DNA of 64,000 nucleotides from Actinomycetota bacterium (GTDB lineage Bacteria; Actinomycetota; Actinomycetes; S36-B12; CAIYMF01): NCBI GenBank assembly GCA_026393115.1, contig JAPLAU010000029.1, positions 16,057 to 80,056 of the forward strand, read 5' to 3'. Shown piece by piece: positions 55,273 to 64,000 of this stretch (position 1 is its first letter; each line of letters starts with the position of its first letter). The notes under the pieces were generated by a model. It saw only the letters and a program-made list of their open reading frames with translations, ran no database searches and was not told where the DNA came from. The position numbers and the translations under genes were made by a program.

Positions 55273-55861
55273 CTACTCAGCAGATGAAAGCCCCGAGTGA
55301 ATAAGCGCCAACGTTCGGGCCTGAACGCGAGTTCTCGAACTACCGCTCGCAATCGCCTGAGCGGCCGCCTGCACCAACCCGGCAATGAGTCGCGTGGTCA
55401 GCTCGGGGTCAGGTACGTCAAGGTCGGAAACCGCCCGCAGCAACGGCGCGTACTGCGAGGCGTGGAGTTCGCGAACACGAGCACGGCAGTGTATTGGCAG
55501 GTCAGCATTCGACAGCGCGTAGAGCGAGCGATGCGTGGGGTCTGAGGCGAGATCCAATGCAACACTCACGAATCGATCGATCTGAGTTTGTGGTGTCGTC
55601 CCTCGCACGACCGCGTTCTCTAACTGCTCGGTGGCTCGCGGGAATGCATCTTCGACAATCGCCGCGACGAGGGCTGGCGTTGAGTCGAAGTATTGATAGA
55701 CGCTCGTACGAGCCAGGCCAGTGGCGGCACCCACTGCGCCGAGTGTCACTGCGTCGAGTCCCTCATTGGCCAACAGGTCGCTGCCAGCCTGAATGAGAGC
55801 AGCACGGCGCTGACTGTGATGCTCGGCCACCGTCGCGGCACTGATTCTGGGCACGGCCATC
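55273..55861 (-). CDS. TetR family transcriptional regulator
   Basis: LDAVTLGAVGAATGLARTSVYQYF HTH. ATG at 55861. Confidence 0.8.
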
Positions 55862-55925
55862 CCTTCTTGTGCGAATCTCACTGATCCCCGTATCTTACCG
55901 ACACCTCTGTCGGTAAGATACCGAC

Positions 55926-57593
55926 ATGAGCGTCGATAAAAACGATACAGCCGATTCCACCAATGACCAGCGCGCTGGCAAGGGGCGTTGGTTCGCCCTC
56001 GCCGCCGTGGCACTGGGTGTCTCGATCATCATCATGGACGCGACGGTAGTCAACGTCGCACTTCCAGTGATCATCGAAGATCTCCACCTCGACGCCACTC
56101 AGGCCGAATGGATGAATGCGGTCTATTCGCTGATGTTCGCGGCCTTCCTGCTCACCTTGGGAAAACTTGGCGACCTGCATGGCCGACGACGACTGTTCCT
56201 CATCGGCATCATCATCTTCGTTCTCGCCAGCGTCGCCGCCGGCTTCTCCCAGACCGGTAACGAACTGATCGCCGCCCGGCTCGTGCAAGGCATCGGCGCG
56301 GCCATGATTCTTCCGGCCACCCTGTCGACCGTGAACGCGATTTTCACCGGTCGTGAACGTGCCATCGCGTTCGCGGTCTGGGGCTCGACCATCGGCGGAA
56401 TGGCCGCCGTCGGGCCGCTCGTCGGCGGCTGGCTCACTACTTACGTGTCCTGGCAGTGGGCGTTCTGGATCAACGTACCCGTCGGACTGATCGTGATCGC
56501 CGGCATTCTCTTATACGTGCCCGAGACTCGCGATGACACCACACAACGCGGCCTTGATATCAGCGGTGTCGCACTCTCGGCCCTCGGCCTCGGCGCCATC
56601 GTGTTCGCCCTCATCGAAGGACAGAACTACGGCTGGTGGCGTCAAGACTCGGGCGCTATTTCGCCCGTACCAATCGCGATGGCGCTCGGATTAGCGCTGA
56701 TGGCGACCTTCGCGTGGTCGCAACGCACGCGACTCGTTGCCGGCAAGCCTGTGCTCGTTGATCTTGGGCTGCTCGGTGTGCGCAGTTTCCGGTACGGATC
56801 AATCGCAGCGCTCATCGTTGCTCTCGGCGAATTCGGTCTGCTCTTTACACTGCCCCTGCTGCTTCAAAACGCCCTCGGCTTTTCGCCTCTGGGAACCGGA
56901 TGGCTGATCGTCTCGCTCGCCGTCGGCACTTTCCTGATTTCGGGAATGACGCCGAAGCTCACTGCCAAGTACGGGGGTCGCACTGTCGTGCGACTGGGTC
57001 TGGGCACCGAAGCGCTTGCCGTCGCGGGGCTGGCCCTCACTTTGTCGAGCAGTATCAGCGGATGGTTGATCGCATTCTGGCTGTTCTGCTACGGCCTCGG
57101 CGTCGGAATGGCAACGGCTCAATTGACCAGCGTCATCCTGGCCGAGATTCCGGTGGCAGAGTCCGGTCAGGCATCAGGACTGCAAAGCACCTTCCGCCAA
57201 CTCGGATCAGCGCTGGGGGTGGCGATTCTCGGAACCCTGCTCATCACCTCGCTCGGGAAATCCACGAGTGCCAACTTGGCAGACACGGGACTGCCGCCCG
57301 CCACCCAAGATTCAGTGACGCACGTGGTCACAGAATCAGCGGGAGCCGCCATTCCGTCACTGCAGGCCAAGCCCGAAACTCAGGCTGCTGGTGATGCTGC
57401 CGCCGCAGGGATGATTCGCGCAAGCAAGATCACTACTGGAGTCGCCGCGATCATCATCGGACTCGGCCTTGCCGCGACGATCGCACTTCCGAAACTGCCA
57501 CCGACACCGGCTCCGACACCGTCGACTGATGCACCTACCGCACAACCTCGACGCGGTCGCCGCCGCAACAGTCAGTTACAGACTGAGCCGTAA
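55926..57593 (+). CDS. MFS drug:H+ antiporter, DHA2 (14-TMS, EmrB/QacA) family
   Basis: LGKLGDLHGRRRLF motif A. 14 predicted helices. Divergent from the TetR gene. Confidence 0.8.
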   Translation: MSVDKNDTADSTNDQRAGKGRWFALAAVALGVSIIIMDATVVNVALPVIIEDLHLDATQAEWMNAVYSLMFAAFLLTLGKLGDLHGRRRLFLIGIIIFVLASVAAGFSQTGNELIAARLVQGIGAAMILPATLSTVNAIFTGRERAIAFAVWGSTIGGMAAVGPLVGGWLTTYVSWQWAFWINVPVGLIVIAGILLYVPETRDDTTQRGLDISGVALSALGLGAIVFALIEGQNYGWWRQDSGAISPVPIAMALGLALMATFAWSQRTRLVAGKPVLVDLGLLGVRSFRYGSIAALIVALGEFGLLFTLPLLLQNALGFSPLGTGWLIVSLAVGTFLISGMTPKLTAKYGGRTVVRLGLGTEALAVAGLALTLSSSISGWLIAFWLFCYGLGVGMATAQLTSVILAEIPVAESGQASGLQSTFRQLGSALGVAILGTLLITSLGKSTSANLADTGLPPATQDSVTHVVTESAGAAIPSLQAKPETQAAGDAAAAGMIRASKITTGVAAIIIGLGLAATIALPKLPPTPAPTPSTDAPTAQPRRGRRRNSQLQTEP

Positions 57594-58054
57594 TACTTGG
57601 CAATGATTGGGTTGGCGAGTGACAGCGCAGTCGATTGCAGTGCCGTGAGCGTGCCATTGCCGCTTGCAGTCACAGCTGCGAGCAAATCCTGATAGGCCTT
57701 CTTCACCGAGGCAGACGCATCAGCAGGCACTGCATCGAGCATCGCTTGTGTTTCGGGAACATACGCGGTCATCGCTGCCTTGACCTTCGCCGGGTCTTTG
57801 CTTTCGACCGCTGCCTTGACGTTCGCCGCCGCAGTTGAGCTACCCCACGTGGTGACGGCTTTGCAGTAGGCAATCTGCTCCGGAGTCAGACTTTTACTCA
57901 CGCTGGCACTCGCACTCGCACTCGCACTGGCACTCGCGCTTGAGGCTGTCGTGTCGGACGTCGACGAGGAACTCGAGCATCCGGTCATCAGCGCGACACT
58001 TGCGATGACACAACCCACCACGGTCACAGCTTGACGTTGACGCGACATGGTCAT
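57572..58054 (-). CDS. lipoprotein with an (SA)n linker
   Basis: ALMTGC lipobox followed by SSASASASASASASVS. Its 3' end overlaps the MFS gene end by 22 nt. Confidence 0.6.
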   Translation of the reverse strand: MTMSRQRQAVTVVGCVIASVALMTGCSSSSSTSDTTASSASASASASASASVSKSLTPEQIAYCKAVTTWGSSTAAANVKAAVESKDPAKVKAAMTAYVPETQAMLDAVPADASASVKKAYQDLLAAVTASGNGTLTALQSTALSLANPIIAKYYGSVCN

Positions 58055-58176
58055 GACGTGCTCCTTTGAAGGGGGTTAACAGGTTCACCTTCACCCTACG
58101 AGTCGCAGGTCAACTGGCCAACAGGCGACCCTCAACTCACACGGGCCACGACGTCAGTGGAGAGGCCAATCGGGGA

Positions 58177-59181
58177 CTACAGGAGCCCGAGCAGCCTCGC
58201 GAAGTTGTTGCCCAGAATTCCATCGATCTCATCGTCAGCGATGCGCGGAGTACCGAGGCGATCGGCTTCTTCGTTGACCCCCCTCAACTTGGTCATCAAG
58301 TCGACTGGGTCGTAAAGAAAACCGGGGTAGTCGGTGCCGAAGAAAATCTTCTCCAGCGGCACAAAGAACTGCTTCGCATGGATGAGGAACCTGTACAACT
58401 CCTCTCGAGTCACCGTGGCGATGTGATAACTCACCTCGGTGTAGAAATTCGGATGCTTCGTCAGCATGAACAGCGCCTCGTCGATCCAAGGAATTCCACA
58501 GTGCGCGATGATCAATTTCATCGATGGGAAGTGACGGCCAGCAGCGTCGAGCAGCGCAGGATTCGCGTACTCCATTCGCGCATCAACGCGAGTAGAGCCG
58601 GCCTGGTGCACAAGGACGGGAATCCCTAACTGCTCTGCCTTCTCAAAGATGGGGAACGCCATCACCGGATCGGCAGGCGACCAGTCTTGATACATGGGGT
58701 ACAACTTCAAGCCAGTCAGCCCGAGCTCGTTGACCATCCGATCGAGCTCGGCCACCGCGGCTTTCGGGCCGCGATAATTCGGGTTGACTGATCCGAATCC
58801 GATGAAGACTTCAGGATTCGAACGCACAATGGCCGCGATGTAGTCGTTGCATTTCTCAGGTGTCGATGGCCCAGGGACGTCGGTGATGCCATAGGAATCG
58901 ACGGTGCCGATTAACTCACCATCTAGAAACTGCGGTGACACCGCCAGAATCACGATCTTGTCGAAGCCCGGATGGTCTCGGATACTCTCCACCGGACCAA
59001 TGACCGGGAATCCTTTGCGGGAAAATCCGCTGCTCTCCCACTCTTCTTCAGTGGGATCTCGATGCGAGGGCAGAAGGCCGAGACTTCGATAGATACACAA
59101 GGAACCCTCACGACCGTATTCAGCCGTGAACTCAGGGTCCTCAGCCAAACTCAGAATGTGGGTGTGCGCGTCGATCAGCAT
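58177..59181 (-). CDS. amidohydrolase-2 type TIM-barrel metal-dependent hydrolase
   Basis: MLIDAHTHIL start. AGGAG precedes the ATG at 59181. Confidence 0.7.
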   Translation of the reverse strand: MLIDAHTHILSLAEDPEFTAEYGREGSLCIYRSLGLLPSHRDPTEEEWESSGFSRKGFPVIGPVESIRDHPGFDKIVILAVSPQFLDGELIGTVDSYGITDVPGPSTPEKCNDYIAAIVRSNPEVFIGFGSVNPNYRGPKAAVAELDRMVNELGLTGLKLYPMYQDWSPADPVMAFPIFEKAEQLGIPVLVHQAGSTRVDARMEYANPALLDAAGRHFPSMKLIIAHCGIPWIDEALFMLTKHPNFYTEVSYHIATVTREELYRFLIHAKQFFVPLEKIFFGTDYPGFLYDPVDLMTKLRGVNEEADRLGTPRIADDEIDGILGNNFARLLGLL

Positions 59182-59188
59182 GGGTCTC

Positions 59189-60739
59189 CTAGAGAACTCG
59201 GGCCGCGTTATAGGTATGAGCGGGAACAACCGTCGCGGAATATGACGGGCCGTAGAAGTCGATCACCTGAGGTGTAATGAGTCGCCCTAGTTCGAGCCAT
59301 CGGTGAACCTCGGGGCCCAGACGATAGACCCTTCGCTCCACCGCCTCTTGAAGTCGTTCACGAAGAGCACTTTCGTCGATCATCGTGATCTCGCCATCAC
59401 GCAGCACGACCGTGCCATTGATCATTGAACTGCGAACATCAACGGCCTGAGTTCGATCAATGAGGACGTCGAGGAACTCTGCTTCTGAGTACCGCCCTCG
59501 CGGAAACAACAGTCGCTCCGAATCGAGCACGAGCAGGTCGGCCGTCATGCCCGGCGCCAGCGCACCGAGCCGACCTTCTTGGCGAATCGCCTGAGCGCCA
59601 TTGGTCATGGCCGCCCTCAGCAGTTTTTCAGAATCGAGTCGCACCACATCGAACTCGCGTGGGAAACGCTGAAGATAACTTGCGAGGCGCAACTCGGTGA
59701 ACATGTCTTCGGAATCTGAGAATGAGATGCCATCGGTTCCAAAAGCGATTCGGCCACCCGTGGCCATGATGTCTCGGGTTCGACAGATTCCGGCCGAGAG
59801 TCTCAGGTTCGACCCTGGGTTGTTGGAAGCGACCGCACCACTGTCGGCGAACACCCCCAGTTCCTCATCAGTTACCCACACGAAGTGTGTGCAGGTCATG
59901 TCCGGGCCTAAGACACCCAGCATCTCCAGGCGCTGAAGGGCGGGCATGCCATAGGTCTGCTGATTCCACACCATCTCAGAACGAGTTTCGAGAACGTGCG
60001 AGACAATTCCGGTGCCGTCCTCGTCGGCCTTCCTGCGGCACAGTCGATAGAGCTCATCTGAACACGCGGGTGTCCAATCGGGAGCCAGCAGAATTCGCAC
60101 GAGCCCATCACGGCCATCCCATCTGGCCACGAGATCGTCGTAGGTGCTCATCACCCTGTCGAGGGGCCAGGCATAACCCATTGGCGAGCGCCGAATCTCT
60201 TCCGCGAGTTCGGCCGGCAGCGTGGCGAGGAATATCTCGTCCTCTTGGTGCACATACAAGTTTTGGTCTCGAGACACGAGCCCGAATGCCGTTCGCATCC
60301 CCAGCTCGTGATACGCCGTCAGTGCCGCCTCGGTGCCGAAATCCGACAGAAGTGGGCGTCCGTAAAACATGTCGAGAACGGCAGTCTGGCCGCCGCGAAT
60401 CGCATTCACCAAACCGAACTGCACGATGTCGTGCAAGTCGTCCTCGAGGATAGGACCAGCGGCACCTTGGATGCTGATGTTCGCCAACTCGAAGATGTAT
60501 TGGTACAGACCTGGGCCCGCAGCCAGTTCAGAGTGATAGTGGCAGTTGATGAACCCCGGCATCACCACACTGTCTGGACTACCCAGAATCTCATCGAATG
60601 GGCCGTGCCCCGCCAATACTTCCCGTGGCCCGACTTCGGTGATCGTCGTCCCCTCGACAATGACAGCTCCATCAAGCAGAACAGGCGCTTCGGCAAGGGT
60701 GACCACGTGGCTCCCTTGCACCAACGTTCGACGCGTCAC
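59189..60739 (-). CDS. amidohydrolase (chlorohydrolase/aminohydrolase, TrzA/AtzA/SsnA-like)
   Basis: VMPGFINCHYHSE metal motif. The GTG at 60739 overlaps the upstream stop (GTGA). Confidence 0.7.
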   Translation of the reverse strand: MTRRTLVQGSHVVTLAEAPVLLDGAVIVEGTTITEVGPREVLAGHGPFDEILGSPDSVVMPGFINCHYHSELAAGPGLYQYIFELANISIQGAAGPILEDDLHDIVQFGLVNAIRGGQTAVLDMFYGRPLLSDFGTEAALTAYHELGMRTAFGLVSRDQNLYVHQEDEIFLATLPAELAEEIRRSPMGYAWPLDRVMSTYDDLVARWDGRDGLVRILLAPDWTPACSDELYRLCRRKADEDGTGIVSHVLETRSEMVWNQQTYGMPALQRLEMLGVLGPDMTCTHFVWVTDEELGVFADSGAVASNNPGSNLRLSAGICRTRDIMATGGRIAFGTDGISFSDSEDMFTELRLASYLQRFPREFDVVRLDSEKLLRAAMTNGAQAIRQEGRLGALAPGMTADLLVLDSERLLFPRGRYSEAEFLDVLIDRTQAVDVRSSMINGTVVLRDGEITMIDESALRERLQEAVERRVYRLGPEVHRWLELGRLITPQVIDFYGPSYSATVVPAHTYNAARVL

Positions 60740-61710
60740 GGAACCAACCTTCCCTCGTGCAGGACCTCGCGCCCGTCGAACTCGAGCACTGCATCTTTCA
60801 TCACACAGTCCAGGTGTGCGACTGCCGCCACCGTTCCTCCGTAGGCGATCGAATTCCCCAAGGCGATGTGCGCTGTCCCCAATGTCGACTCGGTCTCCAT
60901 CGCAACTCCGCACACGCGCCCGTTGGGATTAAGCCCCACCGACACCTCGGCCAAATTCGTCATTCGATCGTCGCTGCACAACTCGATCATGTCTGTGAGT
61001 CGGTGAGCCTCAGGTCCTTCTACTCCGATGAGGAGTCCGTCACGAAAGTGGAGTGCCACGGGTTCGACAAGGGGTCCGTGACCCATAAAGAGGAAGTCCG
61101 CATCGACTACAACAACTCCGTTGACGCTTCCCTCCACCGGCGCCGTACCGGCCTCAATATCGGGCGGTGCCATATAGGCCCCTGCAGTCCGCGCGATTCC
61201 GTGCAGTGCGCGTCCTTTACGGCCTACAACCGAGCCTTCAATGTCGGTGCCTCCGCGCGAGGTAATTCGGAACCGCGACGCCTGTTCCCAGCCAGCTGCA
61301 AGCTGTTCAGTGAGCGGCCGGAGCTCGTCGAAGTCAACATCGAGCGGACCGCCAAGTCGGAAGGTATCTACCTCAACACCTGGCATACACATGTAGCGCA
61401 CGCCACTGGCGGACGCCGCCTGCCGAGCCTGACTTGAGCCGATGAACGTGGAGGTGAGTTCGATTGCTGCATCGCACGCCAGCAGGAGACCCGCGATGCT
61501 TCGGGGAGGCTCGCTGCCCGGTCGGGCGTAGCGTTCCATCGACGCCACCACACATCGAGCCCCTCGTGCCTCAACACCCAATCGAAGCGCTGCCACCACG
61601 TCGAGATCCGTCTCCGAATCGCTGAGGATCACGACGTCTTCGTTGCGAGTGACTCCTAGACAACGATCGAGCACATTCGAGACGGTGCGCTCGGGAACCA
61701 GCATGGTCAC
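60736..61710 (-). CDS. M29 aminopeptidase-like / NicX-like protein
   Basis: 324 aa. ..GTAHIALGNS..GG....H.D.. C-terminal pattern. Weak call. Confidence 0.45.
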   Translation of the reverse strand: MTMLVPERTVSNVLDRCLGVTRNEDVVILSDSETDLDVVAALRLGVEARGARCVVASMERYARPGSEPPRSIAGLLLACDAAIELTSTFIGSSQARQAASASGVRYMCMPGVEVDTFRLGGPLDVDFDELRPLTEQLAAGWEQASRFRITSRGGTDIEGSVVGRKGRALHGIARTAGAYMAPPDIEAGTAPVEGSVNGVVVVDADFLFMGHGPLVEPVALHFRDGLLIGVEGPEAHRLTDMIELCSDDRMTNLAEVSVGLNPNGRVCGVAMETESTLGTAHIALGNSIAYGGTVAAVAHLDCVMKDAVLEFDGREVLHEGRLVP

Positions 61711-63026
61711 CCCACCGGAGGGATTCGCTCAAGGACCCGAGTAAATGCTGCGTTTGCCTCACGGACAATCGTCGCCTCGTCAACCATCGTCAACTGACGA
61801 TCTTCCATGACAATTCGGCCGTCAATGATTGTCGTGTGAACGCAACTTCCGTTCGCGGCGTAGGTCAGGTGAGAGTAGATGTGAGCGGGATCATCCTTAC
61901 GCAACGGCGTGAACATGGGGCTCAAGGTGTCAATCAGGATGACATCGGCATTCTTACCCGCGGCGAGAATACCGCCGTTGTGTTGTAGGGCCTCAGACCC
62001 GTTACGCGTGGCCATCCGAACAATCTCGGGTGCTGGATGCAAACTCGCATCAACGCGGGCCGCACGGTGAATGACCGCAGCGAACTTCATCACTTGGAAG
62101 AGGTCGCGGCTGTTGTTGCACTCGGCAGCGTCATGCCCGAGCCCCACATTGAGTCCTGCCGCCTTCATTTCCGGCAGCCGCGCGATTCCGTTACCCAACT
62201 TCGCGTTGGAACTGGGATTGTGCGAAATCTGAGTGTTGGTCGTACGCATCAGCGCGATTTCGGTGTCGGACAACCACACGCAGTGGGCCGCGATGCAGTC
62301 TCGTCCCAGCAGTCCGGCGTCGTACGCCACCTCCGTGGGCCTACGCCCAAACCGCTCTTTACTGTTCTCGACCTCAGTCAGCGATTCATTGAGGTGGATG
62401 TGAATACCCGTCTTCAGATCATTGGCCAACTGACGGGCGTCACGCAGAAGTTCGGGCGAAGCCAACGGCAGCCACTCGATTCCGACATAGACCTCAATGC
62501 GACCGTCGCCCATGCCGTGGCAATCTTCGTAGGCTTTCTGATTGTCTTCAAGTGTGTCGAGATTGTGCTCAGGAAGTGCCACATCGTTCGACAGCACAGC
62601 CCGAATCCCGATCTCTTCCGCTGCGCGCGCAAGACCCTGAAGTTGGCGGTACATGTCATTGACTGTGGTGACCCCGCCCTTGATCGATTCGGCATAGCTG
62701 GCAAGGGCTGCCCAGTAGGCAGCTTCGGGGTCGAGCGCGCGAATCATCGGATACCAACAAGTGTCGAGGTATTCCCAGAGGGGCAAATGATCGCTATAGC
62801 CCTTGGCGATTGCTGTGTGGTAGTGCAGATCAACGAGTCCTGGCATGACAATCTTGTCTGAGGCGTCGATGACGCGGTCGCCGTCGGCTACTTCACCGGT
62901 GTACCTTCCTGGCCCCATCGAGAGTATGGACTTACCTTCGATGACGACGTGGCCGCCGAAATGCATCGTGTCGTCATCGTCCATCGTCACGACGATTCCA
63001 TTGTCGATAATCAGTTTCGCAGTCAT
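61707..63026 (-). CDS. amidohydrolase (deaminase/chlorohydrolase subfamily)
   Basis: VMPGLVDLHYHTA metal motif, ..HLNES.. and ..GLGHDA... 4-bp overlaps on both sides. Confidence 0.75.
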   Translation of the reverse strand: MTAKLIIDNGIVVTMDDDDTMHFGGHVVIEGKSILSMGPGRYTGEVADGDRVIDASDKIVMPGLVDLHYHTAIAKGYSDHLPLWEYLDTCWYPMIRALDPEAAYWAALASYAESIKGGVTTVNDMYRQLQGLARAAEEIGIRAVLSNDVALPEHNLDTLEDNQKAYEDCHGMGDGRIEVYVGIEWLPLASPELLRDARQLANDLKTGIHIHLNESLTEVENSKERFGRRPTEVAYDAGLLGRDCIAAHCVWLSDTEIALMRTTNTQISHNPSSNAKLGNGIARLPEMKAAGLNVGLGHDAAECNNSRDLFQVMKFAAVIHRAARVDASLHPAPEIVRMATRNGSEALQHNGGILAAGKNADVILIDTLSPMFTPLRKDDPAHIYSHLTYAANGSCVHTTIIDGRIVMEDRQLTMVDEATIVREANAAFTRVLERIPPVG

Positions 63027-63760
63027 TGCATTTCCCCAATCGTTTCCGGGCTCATCACCATGACGTCTTCTTCGTAAGCGGCTAGTTGGTCGGCGAGAAC
63101 GCTGGCAATGTGCTCGCGCATCATTGACTCCGCGCCCGTAGGGTTGCGGCGCCCAATTGCTTCAAATATCTCTTCGTGCTGCACTACCGACTTCGCCAGC
63201 CGCCCGGGGATGCGCACCGTGAGGTTGCCAATCCGCCGGAGGTGCGCATCCAACGTCCACACCAAGTCAAGGATGCGGCCGTTGGAAGTTTGCCGGTAGA
63301 TGATCTGATCAAAGGACTCGAACAGGTGTGGCAGTTCAGCAATGTGGTCTGCTTCCATCGCCTGTCGGCTCGCCAACACCACGCGACCAAGCTCGGCCAA
63401 GTCGTCTGCGCCAATCGTCAACGTCGCTTCACGTGCGCATGCCCCTTGGAGGATTTCGCGCAACTGGTAGATCTCCATCAGGTCGACACGTGAGTAACCA
63501 GTGACCATCGCACCGCGATATGCATGCACCTCAACGAGTTGGTCCTGCGCCAATCGCGACAGCGCCTCACGAACGGGGGTCTTACTCACTTTGAACTTCT
63601 CGGCAAGGTCCCGTTCGCGAAGGTGAGTGCCCGGAGAGAAAACCAACTCAACAATGTCCTGCTTGACGTTTTCGTAGACGATGTCCTTCAACTGAAGGTG
63701 AGGCGTCTGCCGCAGGACTTCGCCGACCGCAGGAGCGCCTACCCGTGCCTGAGCATTCAC
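63023..63760 (-). CDS. GntR-family (FadR/FCD type) transcriptional regulator
   Basis: LRERDLAEKFKVSKTPVREALSRLAQDQLV wHTH plus a helical C-domain. Confidence 0.8.
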   Translation of the reverse strand: MNAQARVGAPAVGEVLRQTPHLQLKDIVYENVKQDIVELVFSPGTHLRERDLAEKFKVSKTPVREALSRLAQDQLVEVHAYRGAMVTGYSRVDLMEIYQLREILQGACAREATLTIGADDLAELGRVVLASRQAMEADHIAELPHLFESFDQIIYRQTSNGRILDLVWTLDAHLRRIGNLTVRIPGRLAKSVVQHEEIFEAIGRRNPTGAESMMREHIASVLADQLAAYEEDVMVMSPETIGEMQ

Positions 63761-64000
63761 TTCTGCTCCAACGTCAATGCCTGCGCGAATGCCGTGATCG
63801 TTCCGAGCCTGTCAGTCCCAAGCGGGAAGACATTCACCGAATCGACTCCGAGATCGGCCAAGTTGCGAATGTGAGTTCGTGCCGAATCGATGCCGCCTGA
63901 CAGCGCCATGCGCTCAACGAATTCATCGGGCAGGAGGGCCGCCGCCGACTCCGCTTCCTGAAATTCACCCCCGTGGTAGGCGTCACGTACCGCCTGCACA
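63757..64000 (-). CDS. C-terminal part of a probable LLM-class flavin/F420-dependent oxidoreductase (5' end outside the window)
   Basis: ..LPDEFVERMALSGGIDSARTHIRNLADLGVDSVNVFP.. is a typical C-terminus. The stop overlaps the GntR start. Confidence 0.45.
   Translation of the reverse strand, partial: VQAVRDAYHGGEFQEAESAAALLPDEFVERMALSGGIDSARTHIRNLADLGVDSVNVFPLGTDRLGTITAFAQALTLEQK

Overview
High-GC actinobacterial chromosomal window with about 62 protein-coding genes or gene remnants. I recognised no rRNA, tRNA, CRISPR array, transposase or integrase. The first 45 kb look like a plastic, accessory zone. It holds seven toxin-antitoxin modules: five VapBC, one MNT-HepT and one Phd-Doc. It also holds several gene remnants: half a MIP channel, a 5'-truncated fumC, a nucleoside-hydrolase tail, a DmpA-type peptidase tail and an ABC membrane-domain fragment. 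Three copies of a 59-bp palindromic REP-like element lie in this zone. A ~10.4-kb gene encodes a giant secreted repeat protein whose signal-peptide segment is cut off by a single in-frame TAG. That gene carries a 1.7-kb array of 30-bp (10-aa) AGFTAxELKx repeats, two BspA/DUF285-type LRR modules and a Gly-rich domain. An orphan class II lanthipeptide synthetase (LanM, with CCG instead of CHG at the zinc site) has no recognisable precursor or LanT. It is divergent from a PAS / PrsW protease / Zn-ribbon / wHTH / MFS gene string. The last 19 kb are more ordinary. They hold a two-component system and a DUF2202 protein that both carry Met-Gly-rich segments. They also hold a CstR-type (persulfide) regulon with three near-identical ATACCCCCGGGGGTAT palindromes. 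These precede a PDO-rhodanese fusion, rhodaneses, a TauE exporter, a TDT exporter, a PIG-L deacetylase and two small Cys-rich paralogous sORFs absent from the ORF track. The window ends with a TetR-MFS pair and a translationally coupled amidohydrolase / M29-like / GntR catabolic operon. All functional calls come from motif recognition by eye; no database search was possible.
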